Shown one piece after another: positions 1 through 12,929 of a stretch of DNA of 64,000 nt; positions within the stretch are counted from its first letter, which is position 1; every line of letters starts with the position of its first letter. Both the position numbers and the translations under genes were made by a program. The notes under the pieces were generated by a model. That model was not told the DNA's origin, ran no database searches, and was given only the letters and a program-made list of their open reading frames with translations. Source of the DNA: Octopus vulgaris (lineage: Eukaryota); NCBI GenBank assembly GCA_951406725.2, contig OX597817.1, forward strand, positions 36,642,001 to 36,706,000, in the 5' to 3' direction.

Positions 1-1200
1 GGTACCAAGGCTGCATCAGTCCTTTCGAACCTCATAATGGGTTTCTTCGAACTATCACTCTATGAAATATCACGCCAGAAATTTGGACATGTTTTCCACA
101 CCTACCTAATGGAAAACTGGAAAAGGTATTTGGATGATTGTTTCATCATATGGAAAGAACCTTATGAAAAACTTCTGGAATTCAAAACCATACTGAACAA
201 CATACATCCCAACATCCAATTCACTATGGAATTAAGCAAACTTCATCTCCCTTTCCTTGATCTCCTAATTATAAAAACACCTAAGAACCAAATCATAACA
301 GACATCTATCACAAACCTACAGACTCACAACAATACCTCCTCTTTAGTTCATGCCACCCAATACACACCAATACAAATATCCCTTTCAACTTAGCTAAAA
401 GGGTATGCACCATTGTCTCGGATCCAAAAACACGAGAAATACGCCTTCAAGACCTCAAATAAAAAACGCTATTACAACGCCAATATCCCTCCACCCTTAT
501 AGAGTATGGAATAAAACGCGCCAAAGAACTAGACAACATTACACAGAAAACCACCCAACCTAACACCACACACAACCCCAAAATACTTCCATACATTTCC
601 ACCCACAACCCCAAAAATATCGAAGCATACACCACAATCATACAAAACCTCAGTCTACTGTCAACAGACCCAAAAATGAAAAACATTATAAATACACACA
701 AAATCCTCAAATGTAAAAGGCAACACAAATCTTTAAAAAAACTCTTGACAAATGCCAAACTTCACACACCACATCCACCCCCAGCAGTCAAAAAATGTGC
801 ACGCCCAAACCGTGGCACCTGCCCCTTCCTACCTGAAGGCTCTGAATTTATCTTCAAACAAGGAACGAAGTTTAAAATCAAGACTAACTTCTCCTGTTCC
901 TCCGAAAACCTTATCTACGTTCTCACATGCTCTGGTTGCCAACATAATTATGTTGGGCAAACGAGTCTCTCGTTACGTAAACGAGTAGCGGTGCATAAAG
1001 AACAAATAAATCTCCCGGAATACCGACAAATTCCACTGAATGACCACATAAACTCATGCGCTAAAGACATAAATCCCAAATTCTACATATTCCCCTTCTA
1101 CCAATGTAAAGACGGGATCACCACACAGGAGAGAATTAACAAGGAGAATCTCTTTATTGAAAAATTCAAAACGCAACTTAATATGCAAACTCTTCGTTGA
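1..1200 (+). mobile_element. Penelope-like retroelement ORF (C-terminal RT plus GIY-YIG endonuclease), open at the window edge, one in-frame stop at 460-462
   Basis: Frame 1 reads GTKAASVLSNLIMG...WKRYLDDCFIIW...NIQFTME...LPFLDLLI...TDIYHKPTDSQQYL...SCHP (PLE RT core and thumb). ORFs 37..462 and 676..1200 share a frame and read through a single TAA. The C-terminus NLIYVLTCSGCQHNYVGQTSLSLRKRVAVH is GIY-YIG, preceded by a Cys-containing linker (KKCARPNRGTCPF) as in Neptune-type PLEs. Confidence 0.93.
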
Positions 1201-2023
1201 TCATACTTCCTTTTTCTAACTCATTCTTCATGGATGGACTAACACAAATATATAAGGATACCATGCATTCATCACTTCAAGCTAAAACTTATATTCTTTA
1301 AATATCATTATTATTATTGTTGTTATTATTACTATCATTTTTATTATATATGACATAACAATCTGAAATGTAATTATAAATTGGTTTATGCAAACTTACA
1401 AAATTGGAAAATAATATAAATAAAGTGTTAAAATCTGAATGTTAAGTTAACAAACAGTTATATAAAAAAGATAATGCAAATGAAGCTAAAATGATAATTT
1501 TATAATTTAAGGTTTATTAACACCCTTTATCACAAAAAATTGATAAACACAAATTGAAGAGCTCAAAACCCATAAAGTTGTCTCCCCTTATTCACAACAC
1601 AGGAACTGAAGAACTACAATTACTACTACTTCCTGTTTTGCCAACACCCTTAATTAAACTAAACAACACATGGCTTTAATCCCATTGGATCCTAATACTT
1701 CAAGGTAATTTTTTCGTGAACAATCATTAAACTCAAGATACACAAAGACTTCACAATGTATCGGAGTACTTATTTTTAATTTCTGTACATATTTATTATT
1801 ATTTTTTGGCAAAAAACAATATAATTTTCTTTTTTCCCCTTTCTCACTTTAATAAAAAAATTTTCCCTTTACAATTCTTGAAAAGTCACATTATGACGAA
1901 AACCGGTTTGAATTAATATATATTTATATTTTTTATCAATTTTTCAAAAACTTTTTCCATACACCCATTTGCATTAAAATTTTCTTTCAATTTAGCATTC
2001 TGCATTTTTACAATTTTTCCTTG

Positions 2024-2025
<2 letters not shown>
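1201..2025 (+). mobile_element. 3' UTR / pseudo-LTR of the Penelope-like element
   Basis: AT-rich region between the ORF stop and a (TA)n tract; contains an HHR-like motif at 1873-1914, as is typical of PLE pLTRs. Confidence 0.65.
1873..1914 (+). ncRNA. Minimal hammerhead-ribozyme-like motif (PLE type, variant core)
   Basis: aattc/gaatt stem I, CTTGAAAA variant core, gtca-catta-tgac stem II, GAAA, palindromic AACCGGTT in place of stem III. Confidence 0.6.

Positions 2026-2076
<51 letters not shown>
2026..2076. repeat. (TA)n microsatellite
   Basis: Pure TA run between the PLE 3' end and a SINE fragment. Confidence 0.98.
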
Positions 2077-2079
<3 letters not shown>

Positions 2080-2171
2080 GACGGGCTTCATGATACTTGC
2101 CCAAGCTGCCACGCTGTGGGACTGAACCCGGAACCATGTTGTTCGGAAGCAAGCTTCTTACGCCTGAGCCT
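2077..2171 (-). mobile_element. SINE family A, 5' fragment
   Basis: Reverse complement matches the head of the 16270 copy (...catggttccgggttcagtcccac...cttgggcaagt...gaagcccgtcg). Confidence 0.8.
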
Positions 2172-2189
2172 ATGTATATATATTAAAGA

Positions 2190-2243
<54 letters not shown>

Positions 2244-2967
2244 AGCTTTCATAGTTTATGTCTACCAAATTCACTTACAAACCACTGGTTGGCCCAGGAT
2301 TATGTCAGATGATATTTGCTCAAGGTATCGCGTTGCTGAACTGAATATGAAACAACGTAATCGCAAAACGATCAAAAACCTAAACCTGGCTACATTCTTT
2401 TATTCTTGTATTTCTCGGAAATTTATTTGTAAGTTAACCTAATTGTAATAGCTACAAGCAAGAAATGAAACTATGCATAGAATTATTCGTGTCACATATA
2501 TTTGAGACATTGTTCAATGTAGCCATGCCATCTTTCAGACCACAAATAAGGGTGTGAGGAAGATTTAGTGGTTATTTCTTGTGCATATATGTATATATGC
2601 ATATAAGCACAGTGTCATTTGGTGGGAATTATTACTATAGACAACTAAATTTTAAGCATAAAACAAACTATTACATATAGATAAAATCAGATAATTTTCT
2701 ATTTATTTCTTACAACCAACGCATGAATACAATAAATTTCCCTCTGGTGATTCAATATTTATAGCAATTGTCTTCTAAACATATTAAAATATTCGTAAGT
2801 TTGAGTTTAAAACAAATCTATATTTCAGGATGCAACTTTTCAGTTTTAAGATTATCATTATTTATCTCGCTCTCGAATTATTTATTTCACCATAATTATA
2901 TATTTTGTAATGGGAAACACGTGTGAAAAAAACGACGATATATTTAAAACTTCACCACTCCACAAAC

Positions 2968-3590
2968 GGTGTTGGTGTGTTTATGTCCCGTACCATAGCG
3001 GTTCAGTAAAAGACATCCGAGAGATTAAGTACCAGGCTTTAAAAAAAGTCCTGGAGTCAATTTGTTCGACTTACAGGTTGTGCTCTAGTATGGCTGCAGT
3101 CACATACCAGCAACAGGTAACAGTGTAAAAAAATAAAATAATACATACATACATACACACACACACTCACAAACACATATAAGAATCAATTAATGAAACA
3201 ATATGGCTTTACTATTACGTGGTTTCATGTTCTGTCCACCATTGTGCTACCTTGAGCCAATGTCTTCTGACACAATCCTGGGCCAACCAATGGTTTTTAA
3301 GTGAATTTGGCAGGCATAAACTATGAAAGCTTATATATATAACAAATATAATATATATACATAGGCTCAGTCATAGCTGTGTGGTAAGAAGCTTGCTTCT
3401 CAACCACATGGTTCTGTGTTCAGTCCTACTGCCTGGTAACTTGGGCAAGTGTCTTGTACTATAGCCTTGGTAAGAAGCTTGCTTCTCAACCACATGGTTT
3501 CGGGTTCAGTCCCACTGCATGTCAACTCCAGCAAGGTTCTTCTACTATAGCCTCGGGCCCGCAAAAGACTTGTGAGTGAATTTGGTAGAC
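2968..3590 (+). mobile_element. Cluster of degenerate SINE family A pieces (3' half, middle piece, internally duplicated head)
   Basis: 2968-3130 matches the 3' half; 3363-3590 has ggtaagaagcttgcttctcaaccacatggtt twice. Confidence 0.7.
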
Positions 3591-4913
3591 AAATTTCTTC
3601 AATGAATACCTGACAAGCTACCTATACTTGGATACAACTCACTCAACAAGAAATCCCTACTTGAATGCACGATGATAAAACAAAAGTTGACTTAAAGGGA
3701 TTTAGCTAATTGTATCAGGTGATGCTATTAAGTTAGACATAGCCTGTATCAATCTTTGGTCGAAATATATCTAAGTTTATCTGAGTTCATATATGTATGT
3801 ATATATATATATATACATCCATGTATATATAATGGATAATAAAACGAATGGTTTACACCTGAACTAGTTGTAACGTGTGTTGGTGAGTGCTTCTTCGTAA
3901 ATCAACCACTTTTTGTTGCTATCTAGAATGCTCTCTCCAAGATACGCGTGTTAAAGTCCAATATGGGTCACTCTTGAGCCTTGTAAAGACACTCTTTCAA
4001 CTTCGATATTTTTCTTATGATAAATGGGCAATAAACATGTTTGATCAAGGAAAAGCCATGAAAGGCATTCTAATGCTTAGCATATATGTATATAAAATAC
4101 AACTTAATATAAAGTACAGAGAAAACAGGGAGCCGTTAAAATACAAGTTTGTTATGAAGATAACAAATTGTTCCATAAAACTCAAGTATCTGCACTTATT
4201 ATTGATCAACGCAACATTTCTGCACATACGCCAAAGCAATAATGATTTACATACAACGTCGACTTGACGTAACAAGAAAGAAAGTTGATTATGAACCGAA
4301 GTTCCAGCTTGAAGCAAACATTTTAGTTTGTTCATATTTTATAGAAGAGCAGATATGAAAAGGGACCGACAACTGGCGTTTTGCATGGCACCTAGGAAAG
4401 GGGTGCGTTTATCTTGAGATAGGAGAATAGTCACAATACTTGCAACTGAGTAAGCTCCGCCCTAGTGTCAGGGTTTGGTGTTAAATTGGATGACGGAGTC
4501 GATCTACTACACAATTAAAATTCGCTTGTCTTTTGCAACGATTTTCAACATGCGCAAGTATAAATCTATGGGTCGGTAAATCAATGATTATTTCAAGTAA
4601 CCAATTTACTGTTTAATATTTTAGAGTTGCTACTAAAATGACATTTATTATTTGGATTTGACCGAGATTGTATTCATTCTCCTCAGGCATTTCGAACGCG
4701 TTCGTCTCTTCTCCAAATATTACCCTTACTACGTTTAATCTGCCCACGTTCTGCAGTAAGCATTAGTCCTTCCTACCATGAACATCAGCCCTCTAAAATA
4801 AACTTTCTTCATAGTTTTGTTTGCTGAGGTTGATTTGGATTACTTTAATTCAAAAGGAACCTCGCGAGTATCAATCTCATCAGTCTCAAAACTCCTGTTA
4901 AAAGCATGGGCAA

Positions 4914-5131
4914 TACGAGAGGTTTCTGGAAACTTCATTGCTTAGGTAGAAAATACGCGAGGACCAGTTAATTATGATATCATTCAACGTATTCCCTTCT
5001 CAGATTCACACACTTATTGTAGCTGTCCTTTAGTTTTATCTGAGCCCTGAAAAATAATTCAGAAAGCTAGGCTTCCAATCAGGCCTTTCACGATACCCTT
5101 AAAGCCAGGAACTTTTCAGCACCCCATCGTA
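4914..5131. mobile_element. Mariner-derived MITE with TA ends
   Basis: Starts tacgagaggtttctggaaac and ends ggaacttttcagcaccccatcgta (imperfect TIRs); the internal sequence matches the fragment at 23516-23686. Confidence 0.7.
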
Positions 5132-5634
5132 TACCTTCCTCCAAACCTGGCAACGAAAGTGCATTTCGAATTATTCAGAATTCCTCATCATTAACAGTAG
5201 TAAGGTATTTTCATATAATTTTATTGCAATAACTTTTCACATAACTGTATTCAGATAACTGTAGTATATCATGTTACTATATTTTCTTCAGAAGATATTC
5301 GCACAAGAAGAAAGTAAGAAACATAAATACATCTGCGTATGCGTGTAAATGTGTGAATGTGCATGTGTGTAAATGTGTGAGTGTGTATATGTGCATGTAT
5401 GTGTGAGTGTGTGTTAGTTTGTAATTCCCAGCTGGAACTACTACTGCGCGCACACACACATGACATGTATATAGATATAAACTATAATTAATTTCACAGC
5501 CATGCTTCTTATCTTATACTGTTGTTCATCTCTATTTACCATTCTCTACACGCCAGTATAAAGATGATATTGATTTATTGCTTGCTCCGACAACCCCATG
5601 ACGAGTTGTCAGGTGTCAAGTTCATTGTGACTTG

Positions 5635-5803
<169 letters not shown>

Positions 5804-7421
5804 TGGTAGCGGTGGTGGAGACAATAATGCCATATGGGAGGCATTTCATATCATTCCTGCAGAATAACTAGAAATTAATCGATTGCACAGTGGGTTATTC
5901 TCTTAACAGCTATGTGAACTGACGCTTGCCTGTGGCACATTGCTGCGCCAATGCGATCAGCCGAGTAATTGAAATGATGAGCCAGTACCTTGATGATACC
6001 ACCCGTCAATAACTGTTGTTGCATGTGCTTAGTATTCAAATCATTTAGTTTGTCTTTATGACCAGAATGTTCAACAAATTAATCAAGTCCACAATAATAT
6101 TTAACAAGAAAAAGAATATAAGCTATGGATTTATATTCAGCTTTTACTCCGTGTTAAAATTGGAAAATATCTCCGTTGACTAAGCATAGTTTTAGAACAA
6201 TCTTCTTAGTTGTTATGCATTCTCATTGTTAATCTTGTAATGCAGGAAACTGGAGATTAACCTCTCTAACCTTAATCATCTTATTCACCGGCTCAACTCA
6301 AGCAGAAATTCTACAAGCTATAAGCAAATTTGTTATTATTAGACAACGGAGTTCATTTAAAGCCCCCTTAACGAAAATTACGGATGGAAATCGATGAAAA
6401 CATGAAGTATTAATAGATAATCCATTTATCCCTCGGTTTCTTTTAATGTACATCAAACCAATGATTGCCTTAAAAGATGAAACAATACAAAGAAATTAAA
6501 ATCCGTTTAGATTTATTCATAGTTTAACACAGATTGATTAAATGTCATAAGGAACATCACCTTCATAAAAATATTAAAAAATATGTTTCATTAAAAAAAC
6601 TAAATTAAAAGGAAATTTAACCAAACAAATGGGCTGCAAGGAGGAAAAAATCTAAGAAGTAAATATTGATGGATCTTTGAAAGTTAAATTTAAATATGAA
6701 GTAACTAGTTTGTTTATGGTTGATGGCGTCGTTTATCACAGTAGCTAACCAATTATTATTGACTAATCAATGTAGTGTGTAACCAAGAACGAGGATTAAT
6801 GGCTGGCAAGTTCTGGGGTCTGATGACATAGTTTCATATCTCTTCAGAATTTTTTGTATTTTTTTCACTCAGCATTCAAGTAATTTCATCTTTTCTCTTG
6901 AAGTGATTAAGCAGTGTTTAAGGAAAAGATCAGAGTATTAAATATGAATCTCTTTCTATTTTCATTATGTTCTGTTTCAATATTTTAAATCATATTTGCT
7001 CAAGAATATCAGTGGCGTGGTTTCGGTCAAATATTTATTGATTTTTCATTAAAAATTAAAAATAAATGGGACATCATTGGTGTTTAATCAAGACGCTTGA
7101 AAGAAAGCATTAAGATCACATTTCCCATACAACACTGAATTAAAAATTGATGAAATCTACTGAGATAATAAATCTTACTGAAATGTATTTATAACTTAAA
7201 ATAACATTTAAATAAATATTGATTTCCAATTAGGTATGACACCTTATGTAATGCATTTACTTCGAGGCCAACAAGGGAAATTTTATGTGACAGTGTTTCA
7301 TGTTAGAAATAGCAATCAACTATCCGTCGAATCATAATATATCGTCTTCGGAAACTTACCTCTATGTCGGATAATGTAGAAACTTGAGACACTACGTCCG
7401 ACGGTATGTTCACACTTAGAA

Positions 7422-7652
7422 GGCGGCGAACTGGCAGAAACGTTAGCACGCCGGACGAAATGTGTAGCCGTATTTCGTCTGCCGTTACGTTCTGAGTTCA
7501 AATTCCGCCGAGGTCGACTTTGCCTTTCATCCTTTCGGGGTCGATTAAATAAGTACCAATTACGCACTGGGGTCGATATAATCGACTTAATTCGTTTGTC
7601 TGTCCTTGTTTGTCCTCTCTGTGTTTAGCCCCTTGTGGGTAGTAAAGAAATA
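7422..7652 (+). mobile_element. SINE family B (tRNA-related head), full copy with 16-bp TSD
   Basis: Head ggcggcgaactggcagaaacgttagc, B-box-like gagttcaaattcc; TSD ggtatgttcacactta at 7403-7418 and 7653-7668. Confidence 0.9.
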
Positions 7653-10600
7653 GGTATGTTCACACTTAAAATGCCTTCGCGCTCAAAAGTCTTATGGTTA
7701 GTACACATTTGCAAGGAAAATGTTGACAGAGATTTACTTTGGGTTTTCTGGCATTATATAAATTTTGACAGTGTTATTTGGTAGGTGATTTAATGTGAAT
7801 GACAATTGGTACAGGAGGACGGAAGAAGTTGTGTAGAGTGAAAGACTGGAGTAGAGCAGGAGGAAATATCTGTTTATAGATTGTGGTGTGGGAGATAGGG
7901 TTTGCACTGGTGCTTTCATAGGTAAAGTTTGTCATTGTTTGTATTCAGTCAGACATATTAGTGGAGTGAAGATATGATGTGTAATATTTAAGTTAGAGCT
8001 TGTGTTAGTGAAATTTTTATTGCGCCTAAATAGGTTTCTTTTTATATATCTATGGTGTTGTGCTATTTTGGGTTTATGAATAATATCAGTTCAATTCGTC
8101 ACAAGGCGTAAGTCAAAGAGAAATCGAAGTTAGCGTTGATGTTAGAAGCCCTTTTTTAAGTAATTTTAAACTGCTTATTCGGTTAAATGCATCGTCTCTA
8201 TAATTTTATTTGGATATGTAAGGACCTAAATTCAGCTACATGTCTGCGTATATTCATATTTATCTAATTATAATTAGTTACACTAGAAACATGGCAATAA
8301 TCCATGAATTACATTATAGCTGTATTAATTAATCTAAACTTTTCAAATTAGCCACCGAAAGATTCCTGCTTCTAAAAGTTTGTGGTCAACAAAACCATTC
8401 TCACAAAATCTGATGCCAAAACGAGACACTACACGGTCACAATAGCCAATAATTTTAAGGTAATGTTTATGCAACCAATGATATCCTTCAGGTGTAGGAA
8501 CAATTAAAACTCTTCTTTTATTTACCGCTTTATCTCAAAATCTCTGGGTGGAGAGTACAGCTTTCCAACCGTCACATGAACGTATCGTTGACAGGGACCC
8601 CGCATTACAAACTTGAATATTGTAATTGACGGCTGTGCCCCCGTGGGAAACTGAATATACTACAAAACCTTGCAGTATCCAGGCTCGACCTACACCTGTA
8701 ATTGAATTCTTCTTCGGAAACCGTGCACAATCCATTTTGTCTAAGGAGAAACATAGAACTAATTGTTTAAAAAGCTCAGCAATTATATATATAAAAAAAA
8801 TATCACTGATGTGAAACTTCTAATGTACATTTTACTATATCACACATTTACTCCGCTTTACAGTCTAGAGTATAGAACTCGATTACCAGCACCCTGTACA
8901 GATTACAAGACAGCTTGTATTTCTGTATCTGCCATTTGTATTCACTGTGTCCGTTCATCTTGTGTTTTTTGTAATCTGTACAGTATATGCTGAGAGTGAA
9001 TTCCAATGCTTGTTTCCTGATACTTGGACACTGGTCAAAGTTAAAATTTAGATAGAAGACATATTCCATTGAACCAACGCAGCACCTACAGGAAGATATT
9101 TTATTGACTCTCGAAAACATGGCATCATTTCTGATATGCAATGTTTCTTTGATTAACAAGTGGAATCTACACTGCTGGATTGGTATACACATATTGGAGC
9201 ATAGAATAATGAGAATTAAATAACCTGGAGTATAAGAATGATTAGTTGCAAATAAAAGCCTAATAACACCAATTTTGAAGACTGCTGTAGTTGGTAAGAG
9301 TGATAAAAATACCAATTTTTCATCAACCCTGTAAAGATAAACAAAGAACAAAAGTTATCTTTGGTGGATTATTAGATAGAAGAGCTTATTCGGTACTGTA
9401 CCAATTCTATCCACCACTCTATCTCAGTAAAACACGCACTGTTCGATATTAATTCAAAATGAGCATTTGGTTTTTCAGTTGCACTATAGGTTTTGAGATG
9501 GTACCAAATATTTAGTTTTTGTTTTATTTTCATAACTATTTTTCAAATATTTTGTAGCTTGAGAGTATTTGCTCCGCTCATCACCAATTAATCAACATTT
9601 TCCCTGAATGTAAATGAAACGTCATCAGCACTTTACCTGCTATGTTTGATGTACTTTTACAACCAAGACATCGTGGTGTATGATCACATGGATCGTCTGA
9701 ATATATGCCAGTTATACATTATTTGTCATATAGGCGATCAAAACAAATAAAATACATTTCATTGAGTCAACGCTGCTTATTTAATTGAAATAAATGATTG
9801 GTTGCACTACATTGTCATGTGGATGTCTTTTGCTGCGGAGAGAACAAAAAGATTATCACACTAATTGTTTTAACGTGAGATTTCCGCAAAGAACACAATT
9901 AAGATTATGTATCCAGCCTATATCAATTTTTCTGAATAACAGTCAAGCTTATAAAGTGGCTGAATTGGACAGTGATGAAGGTGAAATTTTAGAGGTGCAG
10001 GACCTTTTACAGACGCTGAAGAAACTGGGGTCCACTGTTATTTGCTCGAGAACACTTCTATAGAAATTTTAGGAATTTATTGCTATCTAACGTAAGCCAT
10101 AGTTTCTCTCCTCAAGACTGAAAGAAGATAATTATTTGGCTAAAATAACGAATCACAACTGGACGCAACATTTTCGTTCGGCAACAACAGTTGATAGTCC
10201 ACTGTTGAGTGATTTATCTGATTGTCAATGTGAAACATGCTTTGAGCTCTGGGAAATTTGGGATATCACGAATTCAAGAATCCTGTGACGTAAAATTTCG
10301 GTGTTATATCATATAAACAGAAGAAACTTAATTTGAATGTGTAAGAGAAGAAAGGCCACGAAGGAAGGAATTAAGAACAATGGGAAGTGTTTGCAATAAG
10401 GTAAGACAATACAGGGATTGAGGATAGATATTGGATTTTTCTGTTTGGGTAGGATATCGCGATTTCACAAAATCTGCGGTAGAAACAGGAGCACGAAAAG
10501 TGTACATAATAGATAATATAATCTCCATGTCCCTAAATCTCTGCCTCAATATCTCTGTCTTCCGCGCTCTCCCTCTCCAGCTACTTCTTTCTTCCGTTCA

Positions 10601-12929
10601 CTTTCTCTTCTGTTCTCTCTCTCTATCTATCTATTTATCTATCTTTCTTTTTCTCACATAGTCGCGGAATGAACAAACAATGAAAGAGATGACTGAAATA
10701 TCAGAAGATATCTTAATGTTTAGAATCTGAGGCTAACACGACATGACAAGATAAAGTGATTTAATATTTTCTGAAACAAATACAGAGCCACAATCCTGTG
10801 GGGAAGTTAATATATTTGACATTTTTCTATCACTCTCTTGCTGAGGAAATCATTGATGATTTATTTACTAAATGCTGCAATAAAGGTAACCTAAAATATA
10901 TACCTAAAATATATTACGACTTAGGATTACTTGAATATTAGTCAATTTTCAATGGTGGTTTCAATAAAGTTCGTGTACGAAATATTGCTCTTTTCATGGT
11001 AAAACCAATGCTTGAAATGAACTGCAAGTGCGCGCATGTTACTGAGTGAGATTAAATTTATAATGATATGGTGGAGTAAACAAGTTTCATTTTCATATTA
11101 GCCCTGAAGGTTCAGATAAAACAAACCTGTATAGCATATTGTAAAGTATGCTGCAGGAATATGCTATACAGCTTTTTAAATAGCGTCAGTGTGAATCTGA
11201 GGAAAGATGACACATATTTTACAATGAGTGCCATTCCTGAACTTTTTTTGAAACTTCATTATCAATCTTCAACATTATCTTATAAGATTCCAAGCAAAAT
11301 ATAAATTGATGATAATTACGCCAGTTTAGTTAGGAATACCATCGAAATATCACGAGCAAAGTTCAAATGTAAATATCTTGCAAACCAGACAGGGAGGTTT
11401 GTAAATCCTATGAAAAAAAAAAGAAAAAAAGGATTGCATTGAATACGTCTGGAAGAAATGGGTCCTAAATCCAAAAGAGAAATATATGGTGTAACTCACT
11501 AACAGAGTGCTGCGATTCCCTGAATGCTACTAAATATTTCATTTTTAATGTTTCCTAAATATTTAGAATTTGCAGAATCATTACAAAATAATGAACATAT
11601 TTTCTGAACGTGAAGAAAATTCATTCATATTTTAGCTGCTATGCTTGAGGTATTTTATAAGTAAGATACAGAGATGAGGCTACACATTAATGCTGAAACA
11701 ACTGGTAAATTTAAATAAGCATTATATTATGACTGTCGTAATATAATCATATTTCAGCTTTGGCCGATGAGAAGTTAATTCTGAAATAGTAAAAGCTCTT
11801 CCAAAACTCAGTTTATTTACAGTTTGCCTACACCCATCTCTATAATTTTTTTCTGGCAGTAAAATAGGAGATAATGTGTTAATATAAAGAGTGAATGTTG
11901 TTCCAAGTGATTCAGTACTAACTCTTATTTGTAAAGGAAACAGCTACGCATTACTTTTCCATTTGTTATGAATATTAACAAGTGTCAAAGTCTTGCATTT
12001 AATTTAAAATATATTTACCGAAACCTGTATTTACTTACCGTCAACTTTATATAGATTTACATAGAAGTAGAACTTTAGATACTTAACGTTACTAAATAAT
12101 AAAAGAAAATGTCATGTATGGTATTTTCTCCTAAGTTATGTACGAAATGTCTTGCTTTTAGTGAAAGTTTCGATTAAATATGTATTTAGTATACATCTCA
12201 AACTGTAGTATGATATTGTCTGGCCACTGCAAACTATAACATAGTTGGAGAAATGAATATTTCATCTAAAATGTATTCTGCATGGTGTATGTTTTAAATA
12301 TTTCTGTGAACTACAGCCTGTATCATATTGCGGAAACATGTAAATATTGTTGTAAATTGCATTTTACAAAACACAAAGCAGCTGTATCATGATGAAATGT
12401 AATATTGCATACTGCAAACTGTTTCATAATGTGAAATGTAAACTTCGGTGAATACAGTTACATGTATAATGCTATAAAATGTAAATACAATCTTTAATTG
12501 CAAAGTGTGTTATATTATGAAATGTCACGGGAAAAATGTAGCTCTGCCATATTGTACAATGCTGTAAAATTGTAGTGAATTACACCATATACTGTATTAT
12601 GATATATTACAAATACGCTAGTCAAATGCAACGTATCGAGGCATAATGTCAATGTAGTATTAATTTACAACTCACTGTTTATTATTCTATAATCGGTTTC
12701 AACAAGAGGTATTGTCCATTCTGGGGCATCGCAATTAGTTTTGCAAATAAAATAGAATTAGAAAAGGAGCGATAATTTCATTCATTCACTTATAACTCCA
12801 TAAAAGTTGTTATTCCTCTAGGTACATTTAAACTATAAGAAAAATATAAGAGGAAGGAAGGTATATCTAATAAAATCAATTAGCTAATATTTTGGAACAT
12901 ACTAAAAATGCACCATTGGAAATGACTTG

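Noticed and set aside
4860-4886. Minus-strand CTGATGAG box
   Set aside because: No GAAA box after the putative stem II.
6815-6850. Minus-strand CTGAAGA-gatat-GAAAC-tat-GTC hammerhead-like string
   Set aside because: No stem II or stem I pairing; probably chance.
8535-9351. ORFs of 167 aa and 66 aa on the minus strand
   Set aside because: No recognisable domain and no convincing splice structure.
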